Below are positions 1-12,435 of a DNA stretch of 64,000 nucleotides, in pieces (within the stretch, counting starts at the first letter, position 1; every line of letters begins with the position of its first letter). Under the pieces are notes generated by a model that had not been told where the DNA came from, did not search any database, and saw only the letters and a list, made by a program, of their open reading frames with translations. Origin of the DNA: Phoronis australis (lineage: Eukaryota; Animalia; Phoronida); contig NMRA01000176.1 of NCBI GenBank assembly GCA_002633005.1, positions 208,607 through 272,606 of the forward strand, given 5' to 3'. Position numbers and translations under genes: made by a program.

Positions 1-3000
1 ATTTGTTAGTTGTGGGAGAACAAAAGACAGTGGAAATGAAGGTATCGTAAAATAAAATGATTTCAGGACCTTTACTGAAAGGTTGTGTTTTAGTTAGCTC
101 TTTCTCAGTGTTCGATTTCCCCGGCCATCACTGACTTACAACAGGTCGGTCAACACGTTTCGGCTTACGTCAATCCCTGACTTTAAAAACTCAGGAAAAC
201 GTGTCAACATCAGCCTGGCGTACCATTAACTAGACTTTCTGCAATAGAACCCCCACTTGCAACGCCTCAAACGTGTAAGAACTTGTTGATTCGAGGTCGG
301 GCTCCCCTGGGCCCTGAGCCAATTGCTTATGGCTTATTGGCTAGTCAGGCTCGGAACCGAGTTCCTCACAAAACCGCGCGTCAGTGGCCTCAAGTGCGTA
401 TAAATAGGCATTTATCTGTCGCATAATATCATTCACCACCTCTAAATTGCCCTAATATATCTTTTTTAATCGCACATAAATATACTTTGCTATGGATTAC
501 AAAAATTTTAACATCAAATATGCAAAAAGTAAAGTCAAATGTAAATATAAGATATCGAGCACATACAATAACATCAAACATAACTTTTTGAACATTGAAT
601 TTTGTAACACATAGCACGCCTTAGACAACAACGATAATTATGCATTGAACTTGTAAAATAAGAATATTTGTAGTTACCAAAGAGCCGGCGTCTGTAGTCC
701 AAGGAGTGCAATAAAGAAATAAATACCAAATGGCCGTATTGCACTCAATTTATTCAACGCTTATGGGATAAAATGTAACCAGCCATTTTCACCGTTCATA
801 GACTGAGATACTCAGAAATTTTTTCCAGATGATTTCGTCAAGATTTTTGTTACTGGTGGAGGAACAGAAGAGAGTGGAAATAAGGGTATCATCGTTCAAA
901 TATAGCTATTGTCAAATAAAATGATTTTCAGGACTTTTCCTGAAAGCTTTTTTTCTAACACCTTCAGGACGCAATGTAAGCAGACATGCATGTATTTACC
1001 GTTTGCGTTTTAAAACTTTTCTCTTTTCCAGAAGATTTCGCCAAGAAGTATGTAACTGATGGAAGAACAGAAGGCATTATAGATGAAGGTACCGTCATTT
1101 CAATCTTGCTATTATCAAAGAGAGTGACTTAAAAGATCTTGCCAGACAAGTTTTGAAACCATTTAGAGCTTTCCCATCTCCAAATTGGAGTGATCATTCA
1201 TAAAGCGAGATGTCTGTAATGTAAAGGAAACCGGTCACCTCGTTTCGGTGAACAATTTTTTCTCTTATCCTCTTATTTTCATCCTACTTTCCTGTATAAA
1301 ATAAGGATCATTTTTAGAGACGTTTATCAGGCTTCCATCAAGTACAATATGTACTTAACAAACTTGCGTTTCAGCTGCATCAAGACCAAAGATCGCTTTC
1401 TTGACACCACTGCTCACTCTGACAGCTAGACCAATTTTAGATCATTTCATTGTAGTACTTGGACATTTAAAAATGTAGCGGAATCTTCTATTGCAAATTC
1501 TTTGATGTTCTTAATTGAAAATTTTGAGTTATTCACATCGGGTGATAGTCTCCCAACAATCTTTTCAGAATTGCCAAGTCTATTACAGGTGTATATTTAT
1601 TGAAGAGTTCTATTATACATTATTACACTATCCGTTTGCCATACTAGAATGTGATATTCACACGGTTGCTACAGTACATCCTCCACTTTGTCAAGAATGC
1701 ATTGTTATGATTTGGTGTGGTATTTTATACGGTGCCACGTTCGCGTGTCTTATTGTGTTTTTGTCACGGTTGTCACGCTTAACACGCGAACGTCGCAATT
1801 TTTACACCTTTGCAACGTTTGCGTGTTATATTCTGATACGGTTGTTACGCATTACACGCGAACGTCACAGATTCTTACATGTTTGCCGCGTAATGTGCTA
1901 TACATGCAATTTAAACGGATTATACGCTAGCGTGTCATATTTGTGCACGGTTGCCACTGCTCACTCGCTGGTGCGGTTTTTATACACGGATGTCACACTT
2001 TTTACACGGATTACATGTTTTCCAATATTCACACACCAAAACCTGTGAAATCCATGTAAAATGCATACCTTTGAAGTACTCAGTTCGTTTGTTTGTGCTT
2101 TGTGTATACGAATAAACAATCGGAGAGAACCTATTCGCTTTGAAAGGCTATTTAGAGGAGCGAAGGACATGGAAGAGTTATACGAAATAAAACCAAAAGC
2201 TAACATCATTTATGATAAACCAAATAATCAAATTCGTACCAATTTCCCAATGCCAAAACCTTATTCACCAACAGCACTTTAAACCAAAATGTCATTTTCC
2301 AGAAGGTGGAAACTCAGCCATACCAGGGGGTCATAAAATTTCAAGTCACGGAATCCATAATTTGCAAATATGACCACTCAGAAAAAAGTGGGCCTCCTCA
2401 GCCTCCGCCGCTAATGGCAGCTGTATGTGAAGGATATAGAATGACAAGAGGCAATGCTCTGGTAACATAGTCGCCATTACCCAGTCATTTTTGGCTAGAT
2501 TTGTAAATATGCTAACCCTTTTGCTTCCTTATTATTGTAATAGCAGCTTTAGGTCAGAGAATGGACCGATATAAAAGAAACAACATTATTTTGACACATC
2601 AGGTGACATTTACTGTACGATATTATAGCGTTTGTTTCTGTTGCTAAGTAAAGTTTACTTTATATTGGCTCACGTATTCTGAGGTTTCTGTTATATAACC
2701 CTAGAGAAAGAAAAAAAACCAGGTTGCTGTCTCCCCCTGTTGCACAAAACAATTCTGTGTAACCATAGATGACATACTCGCCCCCCTAGTCATACCGAAC
2801 AATCACAGATTCATCATTTGACCGTGCTGATAAGTCATTTTATTCATGCTTATAATCTCAGTGAACAAGTATTGGCCAAAATGACGCACTTGGGGAACTC
2901 GGTAGTAATGGGAATTGTTACCCTTTTAAATGCGTTTTGATGAATTTCACGTTTATTTATAAAAACTTAAACCATGTTGAAGAGAAATACCTGCAGAAAA

Positions 3001-5894
3001 GATGAGACTCCTCTTTAAGAAATTAATTGAACCAAAGCGACGTCTAACATTCACACAATAATTTTTTATCCATTTCACTGTCTGGTGTCTTAATGAATGT
3101 ACACGCATTGTTCTACTGCAGCTTTTGGCAATAGATGTTCGTCAACCCGATCAAACACCTCAGTTCGGACAATCGACGAGAGATACACGATCGACTCTCC
3201 TGGACTAGTAATAGTCCTGAACAACAAGAAATTTCATAGGTCAGAGGGGGATAGACATGGCAGCGAAAAAGATGTTGGTATGTACAGTTGTATTAACTGA
3301 TAGCCCTGAAAAAACGTCGGCTGCAATGTATGTGTGACTACAAGTACATGTGCTTTAGCGAGGCGTTATAAACAAGTCATCTCGGCATCTAATATTTGCA
3401 TGTGGAGGTAGCCTACGCAGTTGAATGTAAACGACAGAACTGAGTTTAAGAAGGTTTGGCAGTTTTAGTTTTTCGTTGATTTTCTAAAAACTTAAAATTG
3501 CTTTTTTCTTTGTCTACTACAAATCTGTAAAAATATAGTGCTCACCAAATGAGTTTTGACGTTACATCTGCCTAAACAACGGCACCTCAGGCAAAAATTT
3601 GGATATGTGTATATGTATATGTACACACACCCAAACACACACACACACATACATACATACATACATACATACATACACACACATATATACATATACATAT
3701 ACATATATATATATATGGGTGTGGTTGCCATCTCCGGAGCGAGCTCAAGAGAACAAGTCTGTGAGACTCCATCATATATCTGATATCTGATGTACGGACA
3801 TCTGAAAAAGACGGGCGCATCGCCAGAGCAGTGCAGATGTGGACCAAGAGGCTACAGGGACTAAATGGGACGACATCTTGAGAAGAGAAATTAAATGGGA
3901 TTATCTGTGGAAGATTACGCCTCTGCAAGCCAAGCTCTTCATTCAATCAGTGTATGATGTACTATCTACTCCAAAGTAACTTGGGTATATGGAGATTATC
4001 AGATGACGCAAGGTGTTCTCTCTATTGGGAAGTGATGTAGCTTGAAACACATCTCTCATCATCAGTTTTTCTTTTAACATTAATTCATCAAACATAACAT
4101 TACACATTACATAAACTAGACAAGTCATTGAGTATACGAATGAGTGAGTGAAAAGCATATTCAGCAAAAACATAGCCTCACATGGTGACAAAAGTTTTTG
4201 TAGCTCTACCTATCTAGGATTATGGATGCCTCGCAACAACTGTGAAGGTAAAACACTCATTAGTTCATGTTTCTTTAAAAACCGTCACTTGACAAAAGGT
4301 TGGGCAAAGCCTGCACACGTAAATAACCGTGGGGCGCGTTCCAAGAAACAAATTTACTCTCATTTTGTACTTAAGTTCACCACTTGTCTCAAATTCAAAC
4401 TTTGAAGCTTCCACATCCAGTAAGTTAATCAAACTTAAGTCAAAAACTTATGTCAAACTTAAGATCACTATCTTGAAACTTGCTTAAGACAAATTGACGT
4501 TTAATCTTAATATTGACTTAAATTTAAGATTTGTCTTACCTAAACCACTTTTCTTGGAACGCGCCCCTGGTTTCCGAATGACTTCAACTACGCGTGAGCG
4601 TCACGATAAGACCTACACGTAAATGAGAACTATAAAAATCTACATCTGTGTTGGACATTACGATTGTCATCGTTGTTTTCTGTTGTAGAAAACATTTGCG
4701 AAACTATGACCAATCTCGGACTCGAGGTGATTATACGCCAGGACTTCTCTGGAGACGCCATGAGAGATTTTTTAGAAGAATATGCAGAAAAGCAACTTGA
4801 TCACAGTTTCTTCATGGTTATTGTTATGAGCCATGGAAGAAGGGGTGACATACTCGGCACGGACGGGGTCGCCGTTCCTGTTAAGGACATAACATCAATG
4901 TTCACGGCGTCCAAATGTCCGTCTATGAGAGACAAGCCAAAAATTTTCGTTATAGTGGCTTGCCAGTCTGACGAACCAGGTCAGTATTGTAACTTACTTG
5001 AGGATTTATTAAATCCTGATAATGTGATATAGCCGTGCATAACCAGTTAGTTTCGTCTCACTAGGCCGAGCAATGACTCGGTCAAATGACGCGGCACAAA
5101 CTAGGACCGGTCACTTTGAAAACTGCATTGCGGAACATTCACCCTGTTGAGGGACCTTGATACGCCGTTGATGAAATACTCGAATCGGAATTTTCAAGAG
5201 ATCTTTTCCCACGTTGTATATTCCAACAATTAACCCTGCTTGTTGTCAATTGCTATATGAATAGTACTAGTGCAATTCGTATGATTTTTTGTCTGTGTAA
5301 GGTTACCTTTTTGACACAGTGTACAAACTTTTATGTCATAATGTCAACTTGCAGATGTCGTGGCAGAGAACGACCTTATGTTAGACAGCCATTTCCTTGT
5401 TGGATATTCGGCCGTGCCGGGCACCAGTTCGCTACGTGAACCGACTTCGGGCACTCCTTACATACAGCGCTTGATGAGGAATATACGTCGCTATGGAAGG
5501 GTCGATCGGATCACAACGATTCTGGAAAATACCAATAAGCACGTAAAGAAAGAGACGCAGGGTGATCAGAAAGCTTACATGTTTTCGTCACTGGAGAAGG
5601 CGTTCGTTCTGGGAAACGGTGTCCCTCCATTGCACAACCAAATGGTAAGTTATTTTACTATTTTGTCATTGCCCAAATGCGCACTCAGGCTTTATCATGC
5701 AGTATGAAGCTCAGACCTTCTGATGGGAAGAGGGCACCCAAAAATTGAAAAGGCGCCCAGAAAATGGGAATGACCGGGTTGTGAAAGTTAGAACTGAAGT
5801 ATAATTTTAGCACGTACGTTGTTAAAACGTTCAGTGAATATCTGTTTTGTTTTAGTGGACGTCGTTAACAATACCCGCAAACTGCATTGAATGA
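1..5894 (+). CDS. Caspase-like cysteine protease (peptidase C14), 5'-truncated by the window edge, multi-exon
   Basis: Phase-compatible AG/GT exons: <1-41, 829-885, 1032-1088 (prodomain repeats), 3122-3277 (YTIDSPGLVIVLNNKKF..DRHGSEKDV), 4689-4979 (FMVIVMSHG catalytic His; KPKIFVIVACQS catalytic Cys), 5355-5644 (p10-like: FLVGYSAVPGTSSLREPTSGTPYIQ..SSLEKAF), 5856-5894 (WTSLTIPANCIE*). ATTAAA near 6052. Linkage of the short upstream exons is inferred. Confidence 0.88.
1660..2040. repeat. Degenerate ~60-bp tandem repeat in a caspase intron
   Basis: Recurring cacggttg-..-acacgcgaacgtc units (e.g. near 1765 and 1838). This explains the internally repetitive ORF 1515-2048. Confidence 0.55.
3604..3716. 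repeat. Compound microsatellite (CA)n/(TACA)n/(TA)n
   Basis: Directly visible dinucleotide and tetranucleotide runs. Confidence 0.95.
3800..4060 (+). mobile_element. Degenerate fragment of an RLE-type (HERO/R4/NeSL-like) non-LTR retrotransposon
   Basis: Translates to RAVQM..KWDDILRREIKWDYLWKITPLQAKLFIQSVYDVLSTPK*L, followed by frameshifted C-x-L..LKHI remnants. This resembles the post-RT YDVLP-x-P-x-NL/CCHC region of RLE retrotransposons. Contains stops and frameshifts. Confidence 0.65.
4331..4567. mobile_element. MITE with 18-bp terminal inverted repeats
   Basis: ggggcgcgttccaagaaa ... tttcttggaacgcgcccc. Internal cttaagtc repeats. Related copy at about 12200-12435. Confidence 0.8.
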
Positions 5895-6914
5895 GTTATG
5901 AGAACTGATTCATGCATTTTCGGGAACGGTCTTTATTCCAATGTTTTACACTTGACGCGGCAATGTTTTCGTAAAGCATAGAGCTTGCAGAATTAGGGTT
6001 TGGACTTTTTACTTATCTGTTGTTAATTGGGTCATGTGACCGTGTGTGTTTATTAAAATTTAGTACAAATGTACATTGGTAGCAAAAAGGCGGTGTAAAA
6101 AGACACAGCCAAATTTTATTCGATAAAATTGTTCAAGATGAATCATCAAAAATGTTGTCACAGTTTTCTAAATATAGCATTTCGTTTTCATCTTTTAGAA
6201 TTTGTTATGTTTTTTATGAAAAAATGTAGTAGTCCTATTTGTGAAAACTCTTCATCGACCAAAAGCAATACTTTAAAAGCAATTCTTAACAGCGTGTTTC
6301 AGAACAGTGTTGAGTATCTGGAAGTTTCACGTAAATATGGTCAGCTATTTGTGAGATATGCTCTAAAATTAAACATATGTGGACATTTTTCTAAGCTCCT
6401 CCATTACCTTAAAAATACTAAAATCGTCGTTTTTGCCTTTGTTGGCAATCTGCAACGTGGTGTATCTTTGGACGAAATTATTGGATTTTGCCGCACGAAT
6501 AGTGCTGATTTTCTGTTGTCGAGAAGTACTATGTGGTCTTTTAACATCCATGATTTGATGGTACCGCGCTATAATCTAGGCTAGAACAGGAGCTATTTAG
6601 TTGCTCAGAATCCGATTGTAACACCTTGGAGACAAATGAACTAATGAACGAGTGACCATAAGGCGGAATCAATAGTAGAGGTAGACTTTAGCACTGTTAA
6701 CTGAATAGGTGAAATTATGATGAAAAAGAATTGGTTTGTGACAGCATGTTCGTCATTTACTTTTATCCGCAAATTTCCCTTCCTTTGTACCAGCGCACCA
6801 CAAGTGCATTGAGTGTATAAGTGGTCCAGTTTAGGCAGAGCTTGAAGTGGGACTCTTCCTCTGCTCCTNCCATGCTTGCCAAATTTGGCCATTTTAGAGG
6901 GTCCTACGTACACT

Positions 6915-7275
6915 TAAATCGATACCAAACCCGGTTCTGGTCTGTTATTAGGTGTTAAAAACGGCTTTCCCATCAAATTCTCTGAAACAAAATAAAGCTC
7001 TGTAAGTCTCAACAACCCTCAAACGTCTGAAGGAAAATTCGAAACCTGTTCGAAGTCTGCCTAACAGGCAAGCGTGACCTACGGTTTTACCGAATTACAA
7101 CAGTGGGGAAAACCACGCAGCAAGAACTATAATATCCAATCTGTGACATAGGGAGTATTGAGTTTTTAGTTTATTCCTTTTTTTATCTTTCAAGATTGAC
7201 GCCAATAATGCATTAGCACATGTGATACAACAAGGATTGGTTGAAATCATCAAAACAACGTTTAGTATCCTTTAA
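6915..7275 (+). mobile_element. Non-autonomous DNA transposon family, probably Kolobok-type (TTAA ends); copies at ~13285-13635 and ~39615-39942
   Basis: Three copies share tacca..ccggtt.tgg, caatctgtgacatagggagtat and aaatcatcaaaac. Ends read ttaaagggatac (39615) and gtatcctttaa (7265). Confidence 0.65.
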
Positions 7276-7484
7276 AACGTAATAAAGTACGTATAAAAAC
7301 TGTTTTGCATGAACTCGACGGGCACGAATATTCAGTGGCGAGTATTGTCTGCTTTTGTACATTTCTATTGTTTTTGAATGTACGGATGAAGCTTGGCACA
7401 TTAAACTGTCCCATCAAGTTTGAGTGGATTTCTGTAATCGACCGTTAATCCCGATAATTCAGTTGACTAGAGCGTCTGTCGTGC

Positions 7485-8043
7485 ACCATTACAGCGTTCT
7501 GTCGTTCAGTAACCTTTCCAGACGTACGTGAGGGGTGTTGAACGTGCGATAACATCTGGCTCTTTTGTTAACTGCCCAGCTCAGTCTTTTGTACCGTTTG
7601 ATAACAAGCAGGCAAATTATCTCCCAGGCTTCAAAGAAAACGTATGGTGTTGTTGCACGCTATTACCGAACGCGTATGAACATAGTCAAACCCTGTGCGT
7701 TGGTAATCCATTTGGACAGGATAGATTGTCTTAACTTCTGTTGTAGTTGGGCGATTTTGGTGATTCAAAAACGGAGCATGATCAGCATTTGACGAGGAAT
7801 TCAGAAATGCTATTGGTTTAAGCTCATATGTATTATAATTTAACTTTCTTTTTTATCAGCCCAGCCCAGTCTGGCTAGAGACGATCTGATCGGAGATTAG
7901 AGCAATTATAGAACAAATGAGCGCAGGCTCTTCAACCATAAATGCCAGAATGGAGTTAATCAGTCGTGTAAGATATTGGCTATGGGAGTAAACTTCCCAA
8001 CTTGTTGTTGGGCTATAGAATCGAACAAGTTGGGAGCAACGGG
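7485..8043 (+). repeat. ~550-bp interspersed repeat, second copy at ~48045-48565
   Basis: Colinear similarity, e.g. atgatcagcatttgac-aggaattcagaaatgctattg, cataaatgccagaatggagttaatcagtc and gggctatagaatcgaacaagttgggagcaa in both copies. Confidence 0.85.
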
Positions 8044-9372
8044 ATGTCGTCATGCAGTTAGGAGAATGTCCCGGGTTCGAGTTCCAGTCCGACAGCAGAG
8101 ATCTTGGTCAGACTTAGGTCACGTGATAAGACATACATAGAAGACCAATAATTCTTACCTATGCCACAAACTGACTTTTCCTTAGTTTTAAGTTGAAGAA
8201 TTTCCTTTCTTTACAAGAGTAAAATTATATGAATATCGGGGTGGAAATGGGCTTATTAGACTTAAGCCCATGCAGATGTACTTCGAAAACTATAATCTCA
8301 GTTTGTAATACTGGACGTTTCTGGGTCTCCCTGCCATCTTAAGAAACCACATTTTTGTACCATAGATCTACAGGCACAGCGTGTCAGATGTTCTTGGTTG
8401 ATGAGGAAGAGACAATGCAAGTCAGCGGCATAAAATTTCGACTACACTTTTTGTAAAGAGCGATGGTAAGACCACGCGCTACGTCGATCAGTCAAATGAT
8501 AAATATTTCAGAGACTCCCAGCTCGTTCATAAGTTCTGTCATTATCATAATGTTTGTAACAGAATTGCATGAATCAAAGATATCACAAAGGTATAAACCT
8601 TTCATAAGTTACAATTCTGTATGCCCGTAGTTACTCATATGCTATTCAATCAAACTGTGGCCACGTTAGTACAGTGTACATGTATGCCGGCAACTGTCGC
8701 AGCTTATGCAGTTGTGTGTCGAGTCCAAGTTCGCACTCGATTCCTAAATTTTTGAACTACAGCTCGTGATCAAGGTCGATATTTCAAGTAGGTCTAATAA
8801 CTCTAGATTTCAAGTTCGAACTCGAACTACAGCCTTAATGGTGGAATCATTAAATTTAAAATAGCATTAGACATCCATCCACGTAAATCATAACGCACTT
8901 CAGCACCAAGTTATAGTCAATAATCTTCAGTTTGTACTTAAGTGATAAGATAAAACTCAAAAATAATTTCACGTTCGATTTCGAGTAAAAAGATTAGAAT
9001 CTGTCCCCAGGGTTTGGTTGCATAAACTTGAGTTATATACGCTTGGTAACAAGGATGACGTTGTTCCTTCAACACACACCACCGATGTTGTGCGTTGTAA
9101 TTGACGTCATGCAACGATCACACTTATCCAGCGTATATGTTTTGAAATTGCAACCCTGATGAAAAATAACAGAGATCAAAAGGTCACTGAAGTGTATACA
9201 TTAGGGGTTTTTAAGTAATGTAGAACATTAACGTATTAGATCAATGACCTGAAATAATATTTTTAATCAGTAATAATCCACCCTATTCCCTCGTGTGGTA
9301 CCTGCCCACGTGTCTGAATGAAAAATAAACATTCATGTACTTCATTTTCATCTACAATCGGCCAATTTATGT

Positions 9373-9463
9373 GTAACCATGGTAACCAGATGGTCAGGTC
9401 ACGTGAGACATTCTCGCTGCGTTTAATATAGGAAGCGATCTCGGTGGGAATACCAACGAAAAG
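9373..9463 (+). promoter_or_regulatory. Putative promoter and non-coding first exon of the ASB gene, with RFX X-box and E-box
   Basis: GTAACCATGGTAAC (9373-9386) fits X-box GTNRCCATGGYAAC. TCACGTGA at 9399-9406. Strong donor AAG|GTGAGT after 9463; acceptor tttcag at 10265 just before the ATG. Confidence 0.45.
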
Positions 9464-10270
9464 GTGAGTTCTAATACACGAAATTAAACGATCTACCATT
9501 TAAGATCTTCATCTGTGACATATTTGTTTGCGCCTATTCGTGTGCAGGATAAATGCAAGATTCAGTTTTATTTGTGAAATTTTCTACTCATCATCGATTA
9601 AGCTTAATATAAATTATGTTAATACGCTGTGGCTGGAGTCAACGGAACACCTGACTGTAGACAATGTATGAAGCTGCTGTTGTCGAATTGTGATCTCGAA
9701 TTGGCCCCCAAAGCTTCCCGGCGATATTATGTTTTTTGTGTAACTACTATTTCTTTCTGTTTAGCAAAGGTTCAGCAAAGTTGTAACTACTAATCTCGGT
9801 AAAGGTCAATGTTTGTAATATAAGATGCACTGCTGGTTTAAAGCTGCGGTCGATATCTCTGTAAACGTCTCTATTGTTCGTAAGACTACATGTACACACA
9901 GCAATATTGCCAATGCGTTGTCACTGATCTAAGCTTGTAATAGACGGAATTCTGAGCCTTCCTAAGGAAAAGGTTTCTGAAACAAACAAACGAAAAGCCT
10001 TCCGCCATTTGTCGATGGTCGAGTGTTGGATTGCCGCAAAGACAAAACAATAATTGGGGCTGAGCGAAGACAAGAATTTTGACGTATCTGTTTACGACCC
10101 ATGGGGCCACGGTGAATATTACCATTCACTATAGTTTCGTTGAACATTGCTTGGTTTTCCGGATAACTGCCATATGGGGCTTAGTATCAAAACTTCCCGT
10201 AAACGATTTTATCGTGATAAAACATTAAGTATATTCTAATTATTGTGTTTTTGTTTCACTTTCAGCTACC

Positions 10271-11488
10271 ATGTTTCAGGAAAGGTTGTATTGTGCAATC
10301 GTTGATAATGACGAAAGGGAAGTGCAAAAATTGGTCGCTCAAAAATGTGTCGACGTCAACGGGGCGTTCGTTTATACTACAGAGAAAACACATCGAGGAA
10401 AAAGGCCTCTCATCCTGGCGTCTTGGCTCGGACATTTGGAAATTGCAAAAACACTGCTCGATTCCGGCGGCTTGATCAATTTGCCATCGGCTGAACTCAG
10501 AAGGACTGCGCTCCACCTGGCAGTTAACGGAGGACACATTGAAATAATACGCCTGCTGCTCCTAAACGGGGCTGAAGTTGATGCAGTCGACGCGTTTGGA
10601 ATGTCGCCTTGCCACTATGCCATAGAATACGAATCTCTTCCCGTTCTACAGGAGCTGTTGAGAAATTCAGCAGACATCAACATCCAGGATATCACTGGAA
10701 AATCACCGTTGCACAAGACTATTATGAAAAAGCGAAACGACATTCTAGGCGAAATACTGAACCGCGTATCGGACGTGGATGTTAAAACAGATTCCAACGA
10801 CACAGCTCTCCATCTCGCTGCTCGTGTTGGATACGTAGAAGGTATTCGACAGTTGCTGCTTGCGGGCGCTGATACTAGTCCAAGAAACAAATCTGGTAAC
10901 ACGCCGTTACTAGAGGCAGTAATATACCGTCAGAAAGATGCCGTTAAGTGTCTCCTTCAATACGGGTGCGATCCAAATGGACGACAGGTGATCACCCAGT
11001 CATGTCCCCTTCATGTTGCAATCTATAAGGGATATGGAGATATAGCTGGCTGTCTGTTGGATGCTGGCTGTCTCATCGACGCAAATGCTAACGGTGAATA
11101 TCCCGCCCTTAGTCCGGCTTTACGTAATGATTTCGATATGATCAATTTCCTCATTAAACATAATTACGACTTTTCATTGCCAGCAAGACATCATGATGGA
11201 AGAAACCAGAGTTTGTGTTATGTTGCTTGCGCGAAGGGTCATTTCAATTTAGGCGCACAATGCGCTCTTCTGTCCTGCAGACGACCCATTGGAAAGGAAC
11301 TTCTTTCGACGAATCCAAATATTGATGCGCGTTGTAGTTCGGTTTTATCATCCATAAGCTCTTTGAAAGATTACGCACGAATGTATGTGAGGAAATATTT
11401 TGGACCTGGACAATTTACTCATAAATTAGACAGGTTAGACATCCCACAGTGCCTAAAAAATTTCTTGCTGTTTTCAGAGTTAAGCTAG
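10271..11488 (+). CDS. Ankyrin repeat and SOCS box protein (ASB family), 405 aa, single coding exon
   Basis: About 8-9 ankyrin repeats (TALHLAVNGGH, SPLHKT, TALHLAARVGY, TPLLEAV, CPLHVAIYKGY). C-terminal SOCS box SSLKDYARMYVRKYF..LDRLDIPQCLKNFL. Kozak accATG after a splice acceptor. Confidence 0.93.
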   Translation: MFQERLYCAIVDNDEREVQKLVAQKCVDVNGAFVYTTEKTHRGKRPLILASWLGHLEIAKTLLDSGGLINLPSAELRRTALHLAVNGGHIEIIRLLLLNGAEVDAVDAFGMSPCHYAIEYESLPVLQELLRNSADINIQDITGKSPLHKTIMKKRNDILGEILNRVSDVDVKTDSNDTALHLAARVGYVEGIRQLLLAGADTSPRNKSGNTPLLEAVIYRQKDAVKCLLQYGCDPNGRQVITQSCPLHVAIYKGYGDIAGCLLDAGCLIDANANGEYPALSPALRNDFDMINFLIKHNYDFSLPARHHDGRNQSLCYVACAKGHFNLGAQCALLSCRRPIGKELLSTNPNIDARCSSVLSSISSLKDYARMYVRKYFGPGQFTHKLDRLDIPQCLKNFLLFSELS

Positions 11489-12199
11489 TGGTTCACATAG
11501 CCGCCTAATTGTACGGCTCGGCTTTAGCTTTGCCTTCAGAAACTGTATTTGATCTTTTAATTAGTGCTTATTTAGAATAAGACCTAGATTGTGTGTAGCC
11601 GATCAATGTCTCCCGTTCGTAGACAAGCAGGCAAGAACTTCGTATAAAGTACTCGAGGTGGTCCATCTGCACTTGGTATCCCCACACTCGTCGGATGATA
11701 ACTTGCCCTAAGAGTTGGTCACGCGTACTGCGGATTAATTAGACCTTGCAAACCGTTTCCAAACAAGTATTGTTTTAAAGCGCTACCCTAGAAACTAATT
11801 GTTTTGGTCTGTACTGCATAGGGTGGAATCCGTCTTGACCTAATGATCGCTGTGTGGGACTTGAATTATGTGATTATGCTCTGTTGTTGTAACTAGTTGT
11901 TAGAATATCGATATTTTTTCAAACCTCTTTGTTTTAAAAATACTTTTTCATTCATGGTGAAAGGGTATCATATGTCAGGCGTTTTTTATTTTTTAAAATT
12001 TTTTTGAGTTGCTTTTCGCTCTATGTGTTTTAACGAAAAGATTATACACAGAGTTAGTAACTGGGTGAAAATCCCGCGCTGAGCTCAGTCTTTGAAAAAG
12101 GGTCATTATCGATTTTGCGACAGAAAAAAAATTTTTAGGGCGTATTGTTAAAAACGTAAAGTTAATAGACTTCTTGAAGTTATCAGCTTTCCCCTATGT

Positions 12200-12435
12200 C
12201 CCATTCCAAGAAACTGGCTTAAGTTTATTTTCACTTAAGTCCAAGATTTTTTTCGAGTTCCAAACTTTGAAATTTCCACATCCGGTAGAAATTCGTCAAA
12301 AATGAGACAAAACTAAGTCAAAAACTTAAGTCAAAATTATTATCTTTTTCTTGGAACGGAATTGAGAATTTTATGTACTTTTCTCAATTTAAAATTTGTA
12401 TTAGGTAAGTCCTTTCTCTTGGAAAGGGCCCCAGA
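12200..12435. mobile_element. Second, more degenerate copy of the 4331-4567 MITE
   Basis: Shares ttccaagaaac, caaactttgaa..ttccacatcc, aagtcaaaaactta and cttggaaagggcccc. Confidence 0.65.

Noticed and set aside
1515-2048. 177-aa hydrophobic ORF
   Set aside because: TTG start, derived from a degenerate tandem repeat, and no recognisable domain.
2136-2470. Possible extra caspase exon(s) near acceptors at about 2145 and 2302
   Set aside because: The phase-1 frames needed to join the flanking exons hit stops, and no convincing donor was found.
3492-3946. Overlapping YIYMY/HTHI ORFs
   Set aside because: Microsatellite translations.
6129-6584. 151-aa ORF downstream of the caspase
   Set aside because: TTG start, AT-rich, no domain or splice support.
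10262-10902. Antisense ORFs over the ASB gene
   Set aside because: Shadow frames of the real coding strand.
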